A stretch of DNA of 64,000 bases from positions 28,611 to 92,610 of the forward strand of contig JACPCW010000110.1 in the NCBI GenBank assembly GCA_016184365.1, given 5' to 3'. This document shows, piece by piece, positions 20,729 through 31,000 of this stretch; the first letter of the stretch is position 1; each line of letters begins with the position of its first letter. The position numbers and the translations under genes were made by a program. Origin of the DNA: Candidatus Rokuibacteriota bacterium (GTDB lineage: Bacteria; Methylomirabilota; Methylomirabilia; Rokubacteriales; CSP1-6). The notes under the pieces are model-generated. The model did not search any database. It was not told the origin of the DNA and saw only the letters and a program-made list of their open reading frames with translations.

Positions 20729-22504
20729 ATGAATCCGCTTGGCGCAAGCATTCGTGAGGGCGGCGTCGCGTTCCGCGTGTGGGCGCCGCGCTGCCGCAGC
20801 GTCGACGTCGTCGCCGACGGGCGGCGACCGATTCCACTCGCGGTCGGACCAGACGGCCTCTTCGAGGTGTCGCTGCCGGCCGTGACGGCCGGCGCGCGAT
20901 ACCAGTATCGGCTCGACGGCGAGCGCTTCCGTCCCGATCCCGTGTCGCGGTGGCAGCCGGAGGGCGTCCACGGCCCGTCCGTCGTCGTCGATCCGCACGA
21001 CTTCGCGTGGACGGATCAGACGTTCCGCGGCCATCCGCGGGCCGAGCTCGTGTTCTACGAGCTGCACGTGGGCACGTTCACGACGGCCGGCACGTTCGAG
21101 GCGATGATCCGCCACCTCGGCGCGCTGGTGGACCTCGGCGTGACGGCGATCGAGCTCCTGCCGATCGCGGAATTTCCCGGCTCGCGCAACTGGGGCTACG
21201 ACGGCGCGCATCTCTACGCGCCGCAGTCGACGTACGGCGGCCCCGCGGGGCTGCGCCGGCTCGTCGATGCCGCTCACCGCGTCGGCCTGTCCGTGTTTCT
21301 CGACGTCGTCTACAACCATCTCGGTCCGGAGGGGAATTACCTCGCCGAGTTCGGACCGTACTTCACGGATCGCTACCGGACGCCGTGGGGCACGGCCGTG
21401 AACTACGACGGGGCCGACGGCGCGGGTGTGCGGCGCCACGTCGTCGAGAACGCGACGTACTGGGCGCGCGAGTTCCACGTCGACGGGCTGCGGCTGGATG
21501 CGATCCACGCGATCTTCGACGAGAGCCCGGTGCACATCCTCACCGAGCTCACCGAGGCCGCGCGGAAGGAGGCCGCCGCGCTCGGGCGACCGTTCTACGT
21601 CGTCGCCGAGTCGCACGACAACGACCGGCGCCTCGTGCTCCCGCGCGAGCAGGGCGGCGTCGGTCTCGACGGCGTGTGGTCCGACGACTTCCATCACGCC
21701 GTGCACGCGCGGCTCACGGGCGAGCACGGCGGGTACTACACGGACTTCACGGAGCCGTCGCTGCTGCCGAAGGCGATCGCGGAGGGCTTCGCGTTCCAGG
21801 GGGAGTTCTCGCAGTACTTCGCCGCGCCGCGCGGCACGCCGAGCGCGGACGTGCCCGGCGAGCACTTCGTCATCTTCGTGCAGAACCACGACCAGGTCGG
21901 CAACCGCGCGCAGGGCGACCGGCTCGGCTCGATCGTGCCGTTCGAGGCGGTGAAGCTCGCGGCCGCGCTGATGTTCGTCGCCCCGGCGCTGCCGCTCATC
22001 TTCATGGGCGAGGAGTACGGCGAGACCGCGCCGTTCCAGTTCTTCACGTCGTTTCTCGACCGCGACCTCGCGGACGCCGTGCGCCACGGACGGACGGCGG
22101 AGTTCAGCCGGTTTGCCTGGCAGGGCGCCGTGCCCGATCCCGGCGAGCCGTCCACGTTCGTGCGCTCGCGCCTGTCGCACGCGCTCGCGCAGGCGCCGCG
22201 TCACCGCGAGCTCCGCGAGTACTACCGCCAGTGGCTGGCGCTCCGCCGCTCGCATCCGGCGCTGGGCAGCCGCGGCAAGGACCGGACGCGCGCGACGCTC
22301 GACGATCCGGTGCTCGTCGTCGATCGCGCCAGCGGCACCGGCGAGCGCGTGCGGCTCGTCGCCAATCTCTCGCGCGAGCGACGGCCGGCGCCGGAGATGC
22401 ATGGCTGGCGCGCGCTGCTCGACAGCGCGGATGCGCGCTGGGGCGGACCCGGCGAACCGGCGCTGGTACCGTTCCACGCCTTGCTCCTCGAAGCGACCGG
22501 GTGA
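20729..22504 (+). CDS. treZ: malto-oligosyltrehalose trehalohydrolase, GH13
   Basis: 591 aa starting MNPLGASIREGGVAFRVWAP. Motifs ..GLRLDAIHAI.. and ..FVQNHDQVGNR... Confidence 0.85.
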   Translation: MNPLGASIREGGVAFRVWAPRCRSVDVVADGRRPIPLAVGPDGLFEVSLPAVTAGARYQYRLDGERFRPDPVSRWQPEGVHGPSVVVDPHDFAWTDQTFRGHPRAELVFYELHVGTFTTAGTFEAMIRHLGALVDLGVTAIELLPIAEFPGSRNWGYDGAHLYAPQSTYGGPAGLRRLVDAAHRVGLSVFLDVVYNHLGPEGNYLAEFGPYFTDRYRTPWGTAVNYDGADGAGVRRHVVENATYWAREFHVDGLRLDAIHAIFDESPVHILTELTEAARKEAAALGRPFYVVAESHDNDRRLVLPREQGGVGLDGVWSDDFHHAVHARLTGEHGGYYTDFTEPSLLPKAIAEGFAFQGEFSQYFAAPRGTPSADVPGEHFVIFVQNHDQVGNRAQGDRLGSIVPFEAVKLAAALMFVAPALPLIFMGEEYGETAPFQFFTSFLDRDLADAVRHGRTAEFSRFAWQGAVPDPGEPSTFVRSRLSHALAQAPRHRELREYYRQWLALRRSHPALGSRGKDRTRATLDDPVLVVDRASGTGERVRLVANLSRERRPAPEMHGWRALLDSADARWGGPGEPALVPFHALLLEATG

Positions 22505-22508
22505 TACG

Positions 22509-22530
22509 GTCACGCCCGTGCCCGGGCGTT
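22509..22530 (+). terminator. possible hairpin just after treZ stop
   Basis: ACGCCCG-tgc-CGGGCGT stem-loop followed by TTTCGA. The T-tract is weak. Confidence 0.3.
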
Positions 22531-22628
22531 TCGATCCCATCGATCACGTGCTCGCTCTCGATCTCGGCCGGCGTGGCGTCGCGGATCTCTTCACTCCGGG
22601 CGCTGCGATCGCCGCCGCCCGAGGATTA

Positions 22629-22692
22629 TTGAACTGGGGGGCCCCGACATGGCCCCCCAGACCCCCCAACGCTCGGAGCGCCGCGGGAAACC
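22629..22692. repeat. 64-bp GC-rich hairpin repeat, copy 2
   Basis: ttgaacTGGGGGGCCccgacatGGCCCCCCAgacccccc..cgcgggaaacccgcg, ~85% identical to 7141-7204. Confidence 0.7.
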
Positions 22693-22712
22693 CGCGACGC
22701 TCCTCGACAACC

Positions 22713-23732
22713 GCATGGCGCGTCCTGATCGCGACCGGGTTCACCGTCGCCGCCGACACGCCGGAGACGGACGGACCGCCGGGCGCCGCGGCGCTGGGCC
22801 GCGCGCTCCGTCTGGCTGGTGCGCGCGTCTCATACGTCACCGACGCGCACAACGTGCCGATCGTCGAGGCGGCGCTCAAGGTTCACGACGAGCCCGTCGA
22901 CATCCTCGTGTACCCCGACGGTGACGGGCACGGCGCCGCGTGGCTCGCGCGCGAACGCCCGACGCACCTCGTCGCCATCGAACGCCCCGGCCGCGCTTCG
23001 TCCGGCGACTATCTCAACCTTCGCGGCCTGCCCATCAACGACTGGAATCGGCGCATCGACGAGCTCTTCATCGCGGCTCACCTCGCGCGTTCCGACGCCT
23101 CGCTCGCGGAGCAGCGGAATCCCTCGGGCCCGGCGCGTCGGGTACGGAGTGGGGCGGGGTCCGATGACCACGAGATTTCAGCCTCCGGCGACCCTCGGCG
23201 CCGTTCCCACTCAGATCCCTTGCGGCCTCATGGGCGGTCGGCTGGCACGGGTCCCTGGACCCCGCCCCACTCCGCACCCGCCGCTCCTACCCGCGGCGTT
23301 TCTCGCGCCTCGTATCGTCGCGCCGGCTCTCGCGCCGCCGCCGACCGCGCATCGTCGGCGTCGTTCGTCGCGCCCGTCACCGTTGGGATTGGTGATGGCG
23401 GCAATGAGATCGGGATGGGCAATGTTCGCGCGCGCCTGCTGCGACGACGCTCGCCGCTCGCTCGCGTCGCCTCCGTCGTTCGTGTCGATCATCTCGTCGC
23501 GGCCGGCACGTCGAACTGGGGCGCCTACGGTGTCGTCGCCGCGCTGTCGCGGCTGACCGGGCTCGAGCTGCTCCACGATCCGGCGCTCGAGTCGCGCGTC
23601 ATCGATGCCTGCGTGGCTGCCGGCGCGTTCGATGGCGTGACGCGCCGGCGCGAGCCAACGGTCGACGGGCTTGCCGCCGACGTTCACGCCGAGATCGTTC
23701 ATCTGCTCCACCTCGCGGCGCGCTGCGAATGA
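22713..23732 (+). CDS. hypothetical protein with GIGDGGNEIGMG motif (DUF4392-like); start unresolved
   Basis: Protein-like frame from ..AWRVLIATGFTVAADTPETDGPPGAAALG.. to ..VGIGDGGNEIGMGN..LAARCE. No in-frame ATG; a nearby ATG at 22715 sits in another frame within a GCGCG run. Interrupted by a ~90-aa low-complexity insert coinciding with the 23138-23280 IR element. Confidence 0.45.
   Translation, partial: AWRVLIATGFTVAADTPETDGPPGAAALGRALRLAGARVSYVTDAHNVPIVEAALKVHDEPVDILVYPDGDGHGAAWLARERPTHLVAIERPGRASSGDYLNLRGLPINDWNRRIDELFIAAHLARSDASLAEQRNPSGPARRVRSGAGSDDHEISASGDPRRRSHSDPLRPHGRSAGTGPWTPPHSAPAAPTRGVSRASYRRAGSRAAADRASSASFVAPVTVGIGDGGNEIGMGNVRARLLRRRSPLARVASVVRVDHLVAAGTSNWGAYGVVAALSRLTGLELLHDPALESRVIDACVAAGAFDGVTRRREPTVDGLAADVHAEIVHLLHLAARCE
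23138..23280. mobile_element. MITE-like element with 24-bp terminal inverted repeats, in-frame inside the DUF4392-like CDS
   Basis: CGGGTaCGGAGTGGGGCGGGGTCC ... GGACCCCGCCCCACTCCGcACCCG (23/24 match) flanks ~95 bp. The host ORF reads through as a low-complexity segment. Confidence 0.5.
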
Positions 23733-24475
23733 GGGGACGGCTGCTCGTCGCGACCGCGCTGCTGCTCGCCGGCTGCGCCGCCGGCGTGAAAACCGTCGCG
23801 TACCAGGTGGCGGGCGGTGTGCGCGAAGCGCTCGAATGCCGGCCGCCGGGCGCCGGGCCGTTCCCGGCCGTCGTCTTCAATCACGGCAGCATCGTCGACG
23901 GTCACGGATACGCCGGCGCCTCGCGCGTCGGCTACCGGCTCGATCGCTTCTGTGAAGCGCTCGCCGCCGAAGGCTGGCTCGCGTACGCGCCGATCCGGGA
24001 GCCGGCGCCGCGCGGGCGCGGCTTCGACAGTTACGAAGACGTGTACGTCGACATCGTCGCCGGCGCGATCGACTCGGTGAAGCGGCGCCGCGACGTCGAC
24101 AAGTCACGCATCGCGCTCATGGGATTTTCGATGGGCGGGCTCGTGAGCCTGCGCACGAGCCTGGGCCGGAACGATCTCGCCGCGCTCGTGCTGCTCGCGC
24201 CCGCGGCGGGCCGCGGCATCATGCAGTCGACGCTCGACGACGTCGCACGCGTGGCACCGCCCGTGCTCGTCATGGTCGAGGCTGGCGATTCACCGCACAT
24301 CCTGAACGGCGTCGACAACCTGACGATCGCGCTGCGATCGCGCAACAAGGACGTGAAGGTCATCCGCTACGACCGCGGGGGCGGACACCAGCTCTTCTAC
24401 GACGTCACGTACTGGTGGCCGGACGCGCGCACGTTCCTCGCCGACAAGCTCAAGCCGCGTCCGGGGGGCCGGTGA
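23729..24475 (+). CDS. alpha/beta hydrolase lipoprotein (dienelactone-hydrolase-like)
   Basis: Lipobox LLLAGC. Nucleophile-elbow GFSMGG. ATG overlaps the upstream stop (ATGA). Confidence 0.7.
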   Translation: MRGRLLVATALLLAGCAAGVKTVAYQVAGGVREALECRPPGAGPFPAVVFNHGSIVDGHGYAGASRVGYRLDRFCEALAAEGWLAYAPIREPAPRGRGFDSYEDVYVDIVAGAIDSVKRRRDVDKSRIALMGFSMGGLVSLRTSLGRNDLAALVLLAPAAGRGIMQSTLDDVARVAPPVLVMVEAGDSPHILNGVDNLTIALRSRNKDVKVIRYDRGGGHQLFYDVTYWWPDARTFLADKLKPRPGGR

Positions 24476-24491
24476 CGGTATCATGGCCGGC

Positions 24492-25811
24492 ATGACGATT
24501 CTCGAGCGCTTCCGATCGCTCCATCCCAAGTCCGCGGCGCTGGCCGGCCGCGCGCGCCAGGCCATTCCGGGCGGCATCACGCACGACATCCGCCACCTGA
24601 CGCCGTTCCCGATCTACGTCGACCGTGCGAGCGGCCCGCGGAAGTGGGACGTCGACGGCCACGAGTACATCGACTACTGGATGGGGCACGGCGCGCTGTT
24701 CCTCGGCCACTGCCATCCGGCCGTGGTCAGCGCCGTGCAGGCGCAGGTCGCGCGCGGCACGCACCTCGGCGGCAGCCATGAGCTCGAAGTGCGGTGGGCC
24801 GAGCTCGTGAATCGCCTCGTGCCGTGCGCCGAGCTGACGCGCTTCACGATGTCGGGGACGGAGGCGACGCACCTCGCGCTGCGCCTGGCGCGCGCTTTCA
24901 CCGGGCGGTCGAAGATCCTGAAGCTCACGGGACATTTTCACGGCTGGCACGACGGCGTCGTCGCCGGCGTCGCGCCGCCGTACGACGTGCCGATCTCCGC
25001 GGGCGTGCCGGACGCGACGCTCGATCAGGTCGTGATCTGTCCGCCGAACGACGCCAAGGCGGTGGACGTGGCGCTCGAGAGCGGCGAGATCGCGGCCGTG
25101 ATCCTCGAGCCGGCCGGCGGCAGCTCGGGAACGATCCCGACGATTCCCGGCTATCTACAAGAATTGCGACGCATCACGACTGAGCACGGCGCGGTGCTGA
25201 TCTTCGACGAGGTCATCACGGGCTTCCGGTACGCGCCGGGCGGCGCGCAGGAGTATTACGACGTCACGCCGGATCTGACGACGCTCGCGAAGATCGTCGC
25301 CGGCGGCCTGCCGGGCGGCGCGGTCACCGGCAAGCGTGAGATCATGTCGATGCTCACGCATCGCGGCGATCCGGCCTGGGACCGCACGAAGCGCGTCGCG
25401 CACGCGGGGACGTTCAACGCGAATCCGCTGTCGGCGTCCGCCGCCATCGCGACGCTCGAGCAATGCGCGGACGCGTCGCTGCAGGCGCGCGCCAACAAGA
25501 CCGGCGAGGAGCTGCGCCGCGGATTGAACGACGCGATGAAGCGCGCGGGCGCGCCGGGCGTCGTGTACGGCGAGGCCTCCATTTATCACGTGTCGTTCGA
25601 GGGCAAGCCCGGGCTCGCCGGGCCGGATCGCCCGCGCCGCGGCGATCTCTATCAGCTGCTGCGCTGCGCGCTGCTGAACGAGGGCGTCGATTGCTCGCAG
25701 AACCACGGCTGGATCTCCGCGGTGCACGGCGACGCGGAGGTCGGGCGCAGCGTCGCCGCCTACGAGCGTGCGTTCCGCGCGATGGTCGCGGACGGAGCCT
25801 TCAAGGGCTGA
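24492..25811 (+). CDS. class-III aminotransferase (glutamate-1-semialdehyde 2,1-aminomutase-like)
   Basis: ..IDYWMGHGALFLGH.., ..FDEVITGFRYAPGGAQEYY.. and ..AKIVAGGLPGGAV.. (PLP-Lys context). Confidence 0.8.
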   Translation: MTILERFRSLHPKSAALAGRARQAIPGGITHDIRHLTPFPIYVDRASGPRKWDVDGHEYIDYWMGHGALFLGHCHPAVVSAVQAQVARGTHLGGSHELEVRWAELVNRLVPCAELTRFTMSGTEATHLALRLARAFTGRSKILKLTGHFHGWHDGVVAGVAPPYDVPISAGVPDATLDQVVICPPNDAKAVDVALESGEIAAVILEPAGGSSGTIPTIPGYLQELRRITTEHGAVLIFDEVITGFRYAPGGAQEYYDVTPDLTTLAKIVAGGLPGGAVTGKREIMSMLTHRGDPAWDRTKRVAHAGTFNANPLSASAAIATLEQCADASLQARANKTGEELRRGLNDAMKRAGAPGVVYGEASIYHVSFEGKPGLAGPDRPRRGDLYQLLRCALLNEGVDCSQNHGWISAVHGDAEVGRSVAAYERAFRAMVADGAFKG

Positions 25812-26230
25812 TGCGCATCGCGGCGCTCCGCGGGCTCGCCGTCCTGGCGGTGATCGCGCTCTGCGCCGGCTGCATCCACTATCCGACGGTCGAGGAGGCG
25901 GGGAACGCGCGCATCCAGCCCCAGAACGGCCGCGTCGTGCGCGACGCCGACGGCAGCGCGCGCTTCTACGTCGATCTCCACAGCACGGGCAAGTTCGGCG
26001 ACGTCCTCACGGGCGTGAACATGGCGCTCGCGCGGGAGGCGCGGCTCGTGGACGCCGCGGGGGGCGACCGCCTCGAAGTTCCGGGCATCACCCTCGTCGC
26101 GCTGCGTCCCGGCGGGCCGCACGTGCGCGTCGACGGACTCACGCGCGCGCTCGTCCCGGGCGAGGTCGTGATCGTGACGCTCGTCTTCGAGAAGAACGGC
26201 AACATCGGCGTCGTCAGCGTCGTCGAGTAG
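25811..26230 (+). CDS. small lipoprotein, unknown function
   Basis: TGATG overlap with the upstream stop. Lipobox ..AVIALCAGC. Confidence 0.55.
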   Translation: MRIAALRGLAVLAVIALCAGCIHYPTVEEAGNARIQPQNGRVVRDADGSARFYVDLHSTGKFGDVLTGVNMALAREARLVDAAGGDRLEVPGITLVALRPGGPHVRVDGLTRALVPGEVVIVTLVFEKNGNIGVVSVVE

Positions 26231-26282
26231 CGCCCCGTTCGTTTACAGCCCCGGGTCGCTTTGGTATGGTGGATCGTCTGCC

Positions 26283-26359
<77 letters not shown>

Positions 26360-26401
26360 TTTTTTCGCGTGGCTAGAGCGCGCCTCCGGTTCTCGCCTCG
26401 G

Positions 26402-26440
26402 CCGACTGGCCGTGTCGTCAGCGGAAAACGACACGGCCAG
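26402..26440 (+). terminator. tRNA-proximal hairpin (15-bp perfect stem)
   Basis: GACTGGCCGTGTCGT-cagcggaaa-ACGACACGGCCAGTC. A TTTTTT tract directly follows the tRNA. Confidence 0.45.
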
Positions 26441-26836
26441 TCGTCGATGTTCCAGCAGCGCGCTCAACCTCGGACCCGCGCAAGCCTGAAAATCGAAGGT
26501 ACTCGCTCGAGTCTCGTATTTGCCTGGACAGGACGCGCACAGGAATTGAGGTCCTGGTTACGCTTCGTCTTTTCCGAGGATTGTGACGAACGTGGCCGGG
26601 CTCACGATGGGGACGCTCCGAGACCGTCTGATGGCCGGCACGGCGCCGTCCCGGGACGCGTACGCCGGCGGCAGCGACCGCCTCAAGGAATTCGACGACG
26701 TCAGGCCTCGGTCATCCACGTCGTTCTCTGATCCACCGCTCGTAGAAGGTCTTGCCCTGGGCGACCCCAGCGCTGTGGCGATCTTTGGACATTGTCGTCA
26801 TTCCGGCCCGCGCCTGTGTCGCCGCTATGTCCCTCA

Positions 26837-26934
26837 GCCACTCCTCGAAGCGCGGCTCGCTGACGGCGAGACCTTCGAGGAGATCGCCCCGGTAGAGCGT
26901 CGCCGCCTCGTCGAGCGCCTCGGGCGTTGCTGCC
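26837..26934. repeat. 98-bp direct repeat (SARP BTAD-domain fragment), copy B
   Basis: Near-identical to 27523-27620. Minus strand encodes AATPEALDEAATLYRGDLLEGLAVSEPRFEEWL, then diverges. Confidence 0.7.
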
Positions 26935-26946
26935 GGCGGCCGGCGC

Positions 26947-27215
26947 ATGACCGAGTGCGCCGCCCGCCTGGTCGACGAGGTGCTGCCGCGGGTACCCGTG
27001 CGCCAGTGGGTGCTGACCCTACCGTGCCGGCTGCGCTCTCTGCTGGCGTGGGATCACGGGCTGGCGCGCGCCGTGCTCGGCGTAGCTGTGCGCGTGTTGC
27101 TCTGCTTCCAGCGTCACCGCGCCCGCCGCTACGGCGTTCGCGACGGGCGATCGGGCTCGGTGACGGTCATCCAGCGCTTCGGGGGCGGACTCAATCTGAA
27201 TGTCCACTTATGCGC
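26947..27215 (+). pseudogene. IS91-family (HUH rolling-circle) transposase remnant
   Basis: ..VPVRQWVLTLPCRLR.. and ..VTVIQRFGGGLNLNVHL.. are hallmark IS91 transposase blocks. Only ~90 aa remain, internally shortened. Confidence 0.5.
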
Positions 27216-27288
27216 TGGGGTTCGGCGTCGCATACGTCCGGGTGCGGACACGCCTGCCCGGCCGGCATCTGGCGGCGGCGGCGGCATC

Positions 27289-27876
27289 CTACACCGTCAT
27301 CTTGCCGTCGGTGGCGTTCGTGACCGGCTGATCGCGCTCGCGCGCGTGCTGCCGATCGTCGTGCGCAGCGTCGAGGATGGCCTCGGCCAGATCGAGCGCG
27401 CCCTCGAGGAGGCGGCAACGACCTGCGGCGCCGGATGGCGGCGTCGGTCGGTCCGGCGCGCGTGGGATGCGCGAGGAGCCTCGCCAGCGCTTCGAGGACG
27501 AGCTCGCGGAGGCGCTCGCGCTCGGCGAGCAGCCACTCCTCGAAGCGCGGCTCGCTGACGGCGAGACCTTCGAGGAGATCGCCCCGGTAGAGCGTCGCCG
27601 CCTCGTCGAGCGCCTCGGGCGTTGCTGCACCCGGTCGGCGACGAGGATGTCGGCGTTGCGGAGCGCTCGGAGGGCATGGCGCAGGCTGTCGCGTGCCTGC
27701 GTCGTGCCGGCGTCAACCCACAGCAAGGCAGCGAGCTTGTCCCGGGGATGGCGCTGGCCGGGGTTGAGGGCGAGGTACGCGAGCAGCGCCTGGGCCTTGG
27801 CGGGCAAGGCGAGAGCGGCTCCGGCCGGGAGCCGGAGCTCGAAGCCGCCCAGCAGGTCGAGGCGGAGGCGCTCCAT
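27289..27876 (-). pseudogene. SARP-family regulator fragment (partial tandem duplicate, frameshifted)
   Basis: MERLRLDLLGGFELRLPAGAALALPAKAQALLAYLALNPGQRHPRDKLAALLW.. (wHTH) then a frameshift into the 98-bp repeat (copy A 27523-27620). Upstream region (27880-27990) also resembles the intact gene's promoter (ggaactataga box). Confidence 0.6.
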
Positions 27877-28002
27877 GGCGACCGGCCCGTGTCATGACGG
27901 GCCGCGGGAACTATAGACCGGGAGCGACGGCGTGCGTTCCCCGCATTTTCGGCCCGGGCGGGGCCTCGGGACGACGGCGGCCCCCGAGCTCAGGTCTCCG
28001 CG

Positions 28003-31000
28003 TCAACCCGGCGGCACGTCGAGCTCGCGAGCGACCTGGCCGGTCCGGGCGACCCACGCGGGCAATCCGAGCCCGGTGAACAGCGCGCGCGCCGCGCACA
28101 GGTGCTCCGCGGCGTCGTCGCGTCCTCCGGCAGCGTGAGCGAGCCTCGCCAAGTCCAGGTGGGTCCGACCCACCTCCAGCCCGGCCTCGACGGCGGCGAA
28201 GATCGCGAGCGCCTCGCCGATCCGGGCGCGGGCGTCGGACAAACGTCCGCGCGCCTGCGCGACCCGACCCAGCCCCCGCTCGGCCCAGCCGCGCGCGTAA
28301 CGGTAGTCCACTTCGCGCGTGCTCCGGATCACCTCCACCGCCGCGGCGTGGGCGTCGTCGAGCCGTCCCTCGAGCCGATAGGCGTCGGCCAGCATGGCGA
28401 GGAACAGCCACTGCGGACGCTGCGCGCCGAAGCCCCGGCCGAGCGTGACGGCCTCTTCCAGCGTCGCCACCGCGCGCGAGACGTCACCGGCTTCGAGCAG
28501 AACGTAGCCGAGCGCAGCGATGGCGTTGACCCGGCCCACCGGATTGGGCGCGCTCGCCAGCGCGCGCTCGCAGAGGGCGACGGACGCCTCCACGTCGCCC
28601 TCGGCGGCCGAGATCCAGCCGAGCGTCCACAGTCCGTAGCTTTCGAGGTGCGCATCGGCGAGCGCCGCGCCGGTCTCGAGCAGGCGTCGGCCCGCCTCGC
28701 GCGCGGCCGTGAGCTCACCGAGCAGCGTCTGGTGGACGGCGACGATCCAGTGCGAGAGGCCAAGCCACCACCGCTCGTCGGTCCGCTCGAGTCTCGTCGC
28801 GGCCGCACGACCGTGCTCGGCACCGCTCCTGAGCGATCCCGTGAACAACGCCTCCTGGGCGAGGAGGAAGAGCGCCTTGCCCGCCGTGACGTCGTCGCCG
28901 CACCGCGTGGCTTCCTCGAGCGCACGGCGGGCGCACGCCACGGACGCCCCGTGGTCGCCGAGGACGCCGCGCATCCGGCCGAGGAGGAAGTAGTACGGCG
29001 CGGTCGCGGCGGGATCGGCCAGACGCTCGACGCGTGGCCCTGCGCTGACCAGCAGCTCGACGCTCGTGGCGATGCGCCCCAGGAAATAGTGCGCCTGGGC
29101 CAGGCGGAGAACGAGCGGGACGTAGCGCCGGTCCCGCTCGTCGGCTGCGAGGCGGTCGGTGCGGCGGAGAGCTTCCTCCATCGAGCTCACCGCGTCGGCG
29201 AGCGCGTAGCTCCGGGTCGCCCGATCGGCGAACCGGGTGAGGTACTCCACGGCCTTGGCCTCGTCCGTGGTGCGGGAATAGTGGTACGCGAGCTGGTCGG
29301 CGACCTCGTCCAGGCGCTGCCGGTTGAGCGCTTCGAGCGCGCGGGCCACCGCGGCGTGGAGCATCTGGCGCTTCGGCTTCAGCACGCCCGCGGCGATCAC
29401 CTGGCGGATGCGGTCGTGGGTGAAGTCGAATCCATCCCCGGCACCGTGCAGGATGCGGCGTCGGACCAGCTCCTCGATGCCTTCCGCAGCCTCCGACTCC
29501 GCGCGCCCGCTGGCGCGCTGGAGCAACGGGAACTCGAACTCGCGGCCGATGACCGCCGCCACCGCCGCGAGCTCCCGCCCGCGGTCGCTGAGCCGCTCCA
29601 GGCGGCTCGCGGTCAGGGCCCGCACGCTGTCTGGAAGCGGCGCTGGCGCCGCCGAGAGTGCCGAGGCCGTGCGGTCGGCGAGCGCGCGCACCATCTCGAC
29701 GATGACGAACGGGTTGCCCTCACTCACCTGCCAGACTCGTTCTCCGAGTCGGGCGATGGTCTCGGCGTCGCCGCCCACCCGGCTCAGCGAGCGTACCAGG
29801 CGCGCGGTGTCCTCGGCGGAGAGCGGGGCCAGCGGCAGCGGAGTGAAGGACGCCTCGCATCCGAGCTCGTCCAGGATGTTGCGAAGCAAGGGGCCGCGAT
29901 CCAGATCCTCTTCGCGCGCGGTGAGCACGAGCAGCGTTCGCGCGGTTGGCAGTCGCCGGCCGAGGAAGGCGATGAGGCGCAGGGTCATCTCGTCCGCCCA
30001 GTGGACGTCCTCGAGCATCAGGACGAGCGGCTGGGGGGCGGCGAGACGGGAAAGCAGCTGGCCCACGGCCTCGAAGAGCCGGAGGTAATCGTCGCCGGGC
30101 GAAGGGAGGCCGGGGACGGCGACCTCGGGCAGCACGCGGGCGAGCTCGCTACGCCAGACCGGTTCGAGGGCGTCGAGCAGCGCCTCGTCGGCGACGACCT
30201 GGCCGGTGCGGAAGGCGTCCACCCAGGGGCCGAAGGGAAGGATCTGCTCGCTCTCGTACGACCGGCCGAGGAGCACGCGGGCACCCCGGTGTTCGGCCTC
30301 CGCGGCGAGGGCGCGCACCACGGTCGTCTTGCCGACGCCGGCCTCGCCCACGATGGCGACGACTCGCCCGCGACCCCGTTGCGCCTCGTCGAGCGCGTTG
30401 CGGAGCGTCACCAGTTCGGCGGCGCGGCCGACGACGGGCGTGTCGGGCGTGACGCCGTCCCCGCGCATAGCGGCGGCCGGCAGACGTGCTGGCTCCCGGC
30501 TCCAGGGTGACGCACGGGGAGCGAGACCCTCGGGCCGCCGCAGGATCTCCTGATAGAGCTCGCGGGTCTCCGCCTCCGGCTCGGCCCCGAGCTCGCGATC
30601 GAGCACGCTTACACAGACCTGGTACTGCCGCAATGCGGCCCCGCGCCGCCCCTGGCGCGCGTAGAGCCGCATCAGCGCGCGATGGACGGCTTCCTGGAGG
30701 GGATCGAGCGACAGGAGCCGGGAGGCGACCACCACGGCGCGCTCGGTCGACCCGGCCTTCGCGTGGAGCGCGAGGAGCTTCGCGAGGGTCTCGAGCGCGA
30801 GCTCGCGTAACCGCTCGCGCTCGGCGAGCAGCCACTCCTCGAAGCGCGGCTCATTCACCGCGAGGCCTTCGAGCAGGTCACCCCGGTAGAGATCGGCGGC
30901 CTCCGCGAGCGCCTCGGGGGTGCCGGCCGTGACGCACCGCTCGAACCGGACGACGTCGACGTCCAGCGCATCGGGATCGACGGCGAAGCCGGCGGAGTCG

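Noticed and set aside
26360-26840. Integrase or recombinase next to tRNA-Phe
   Set aside because: No tyrosine or serine recombinase-like translation in any frame. Only an IS91 remnant and regulator fragments are present.
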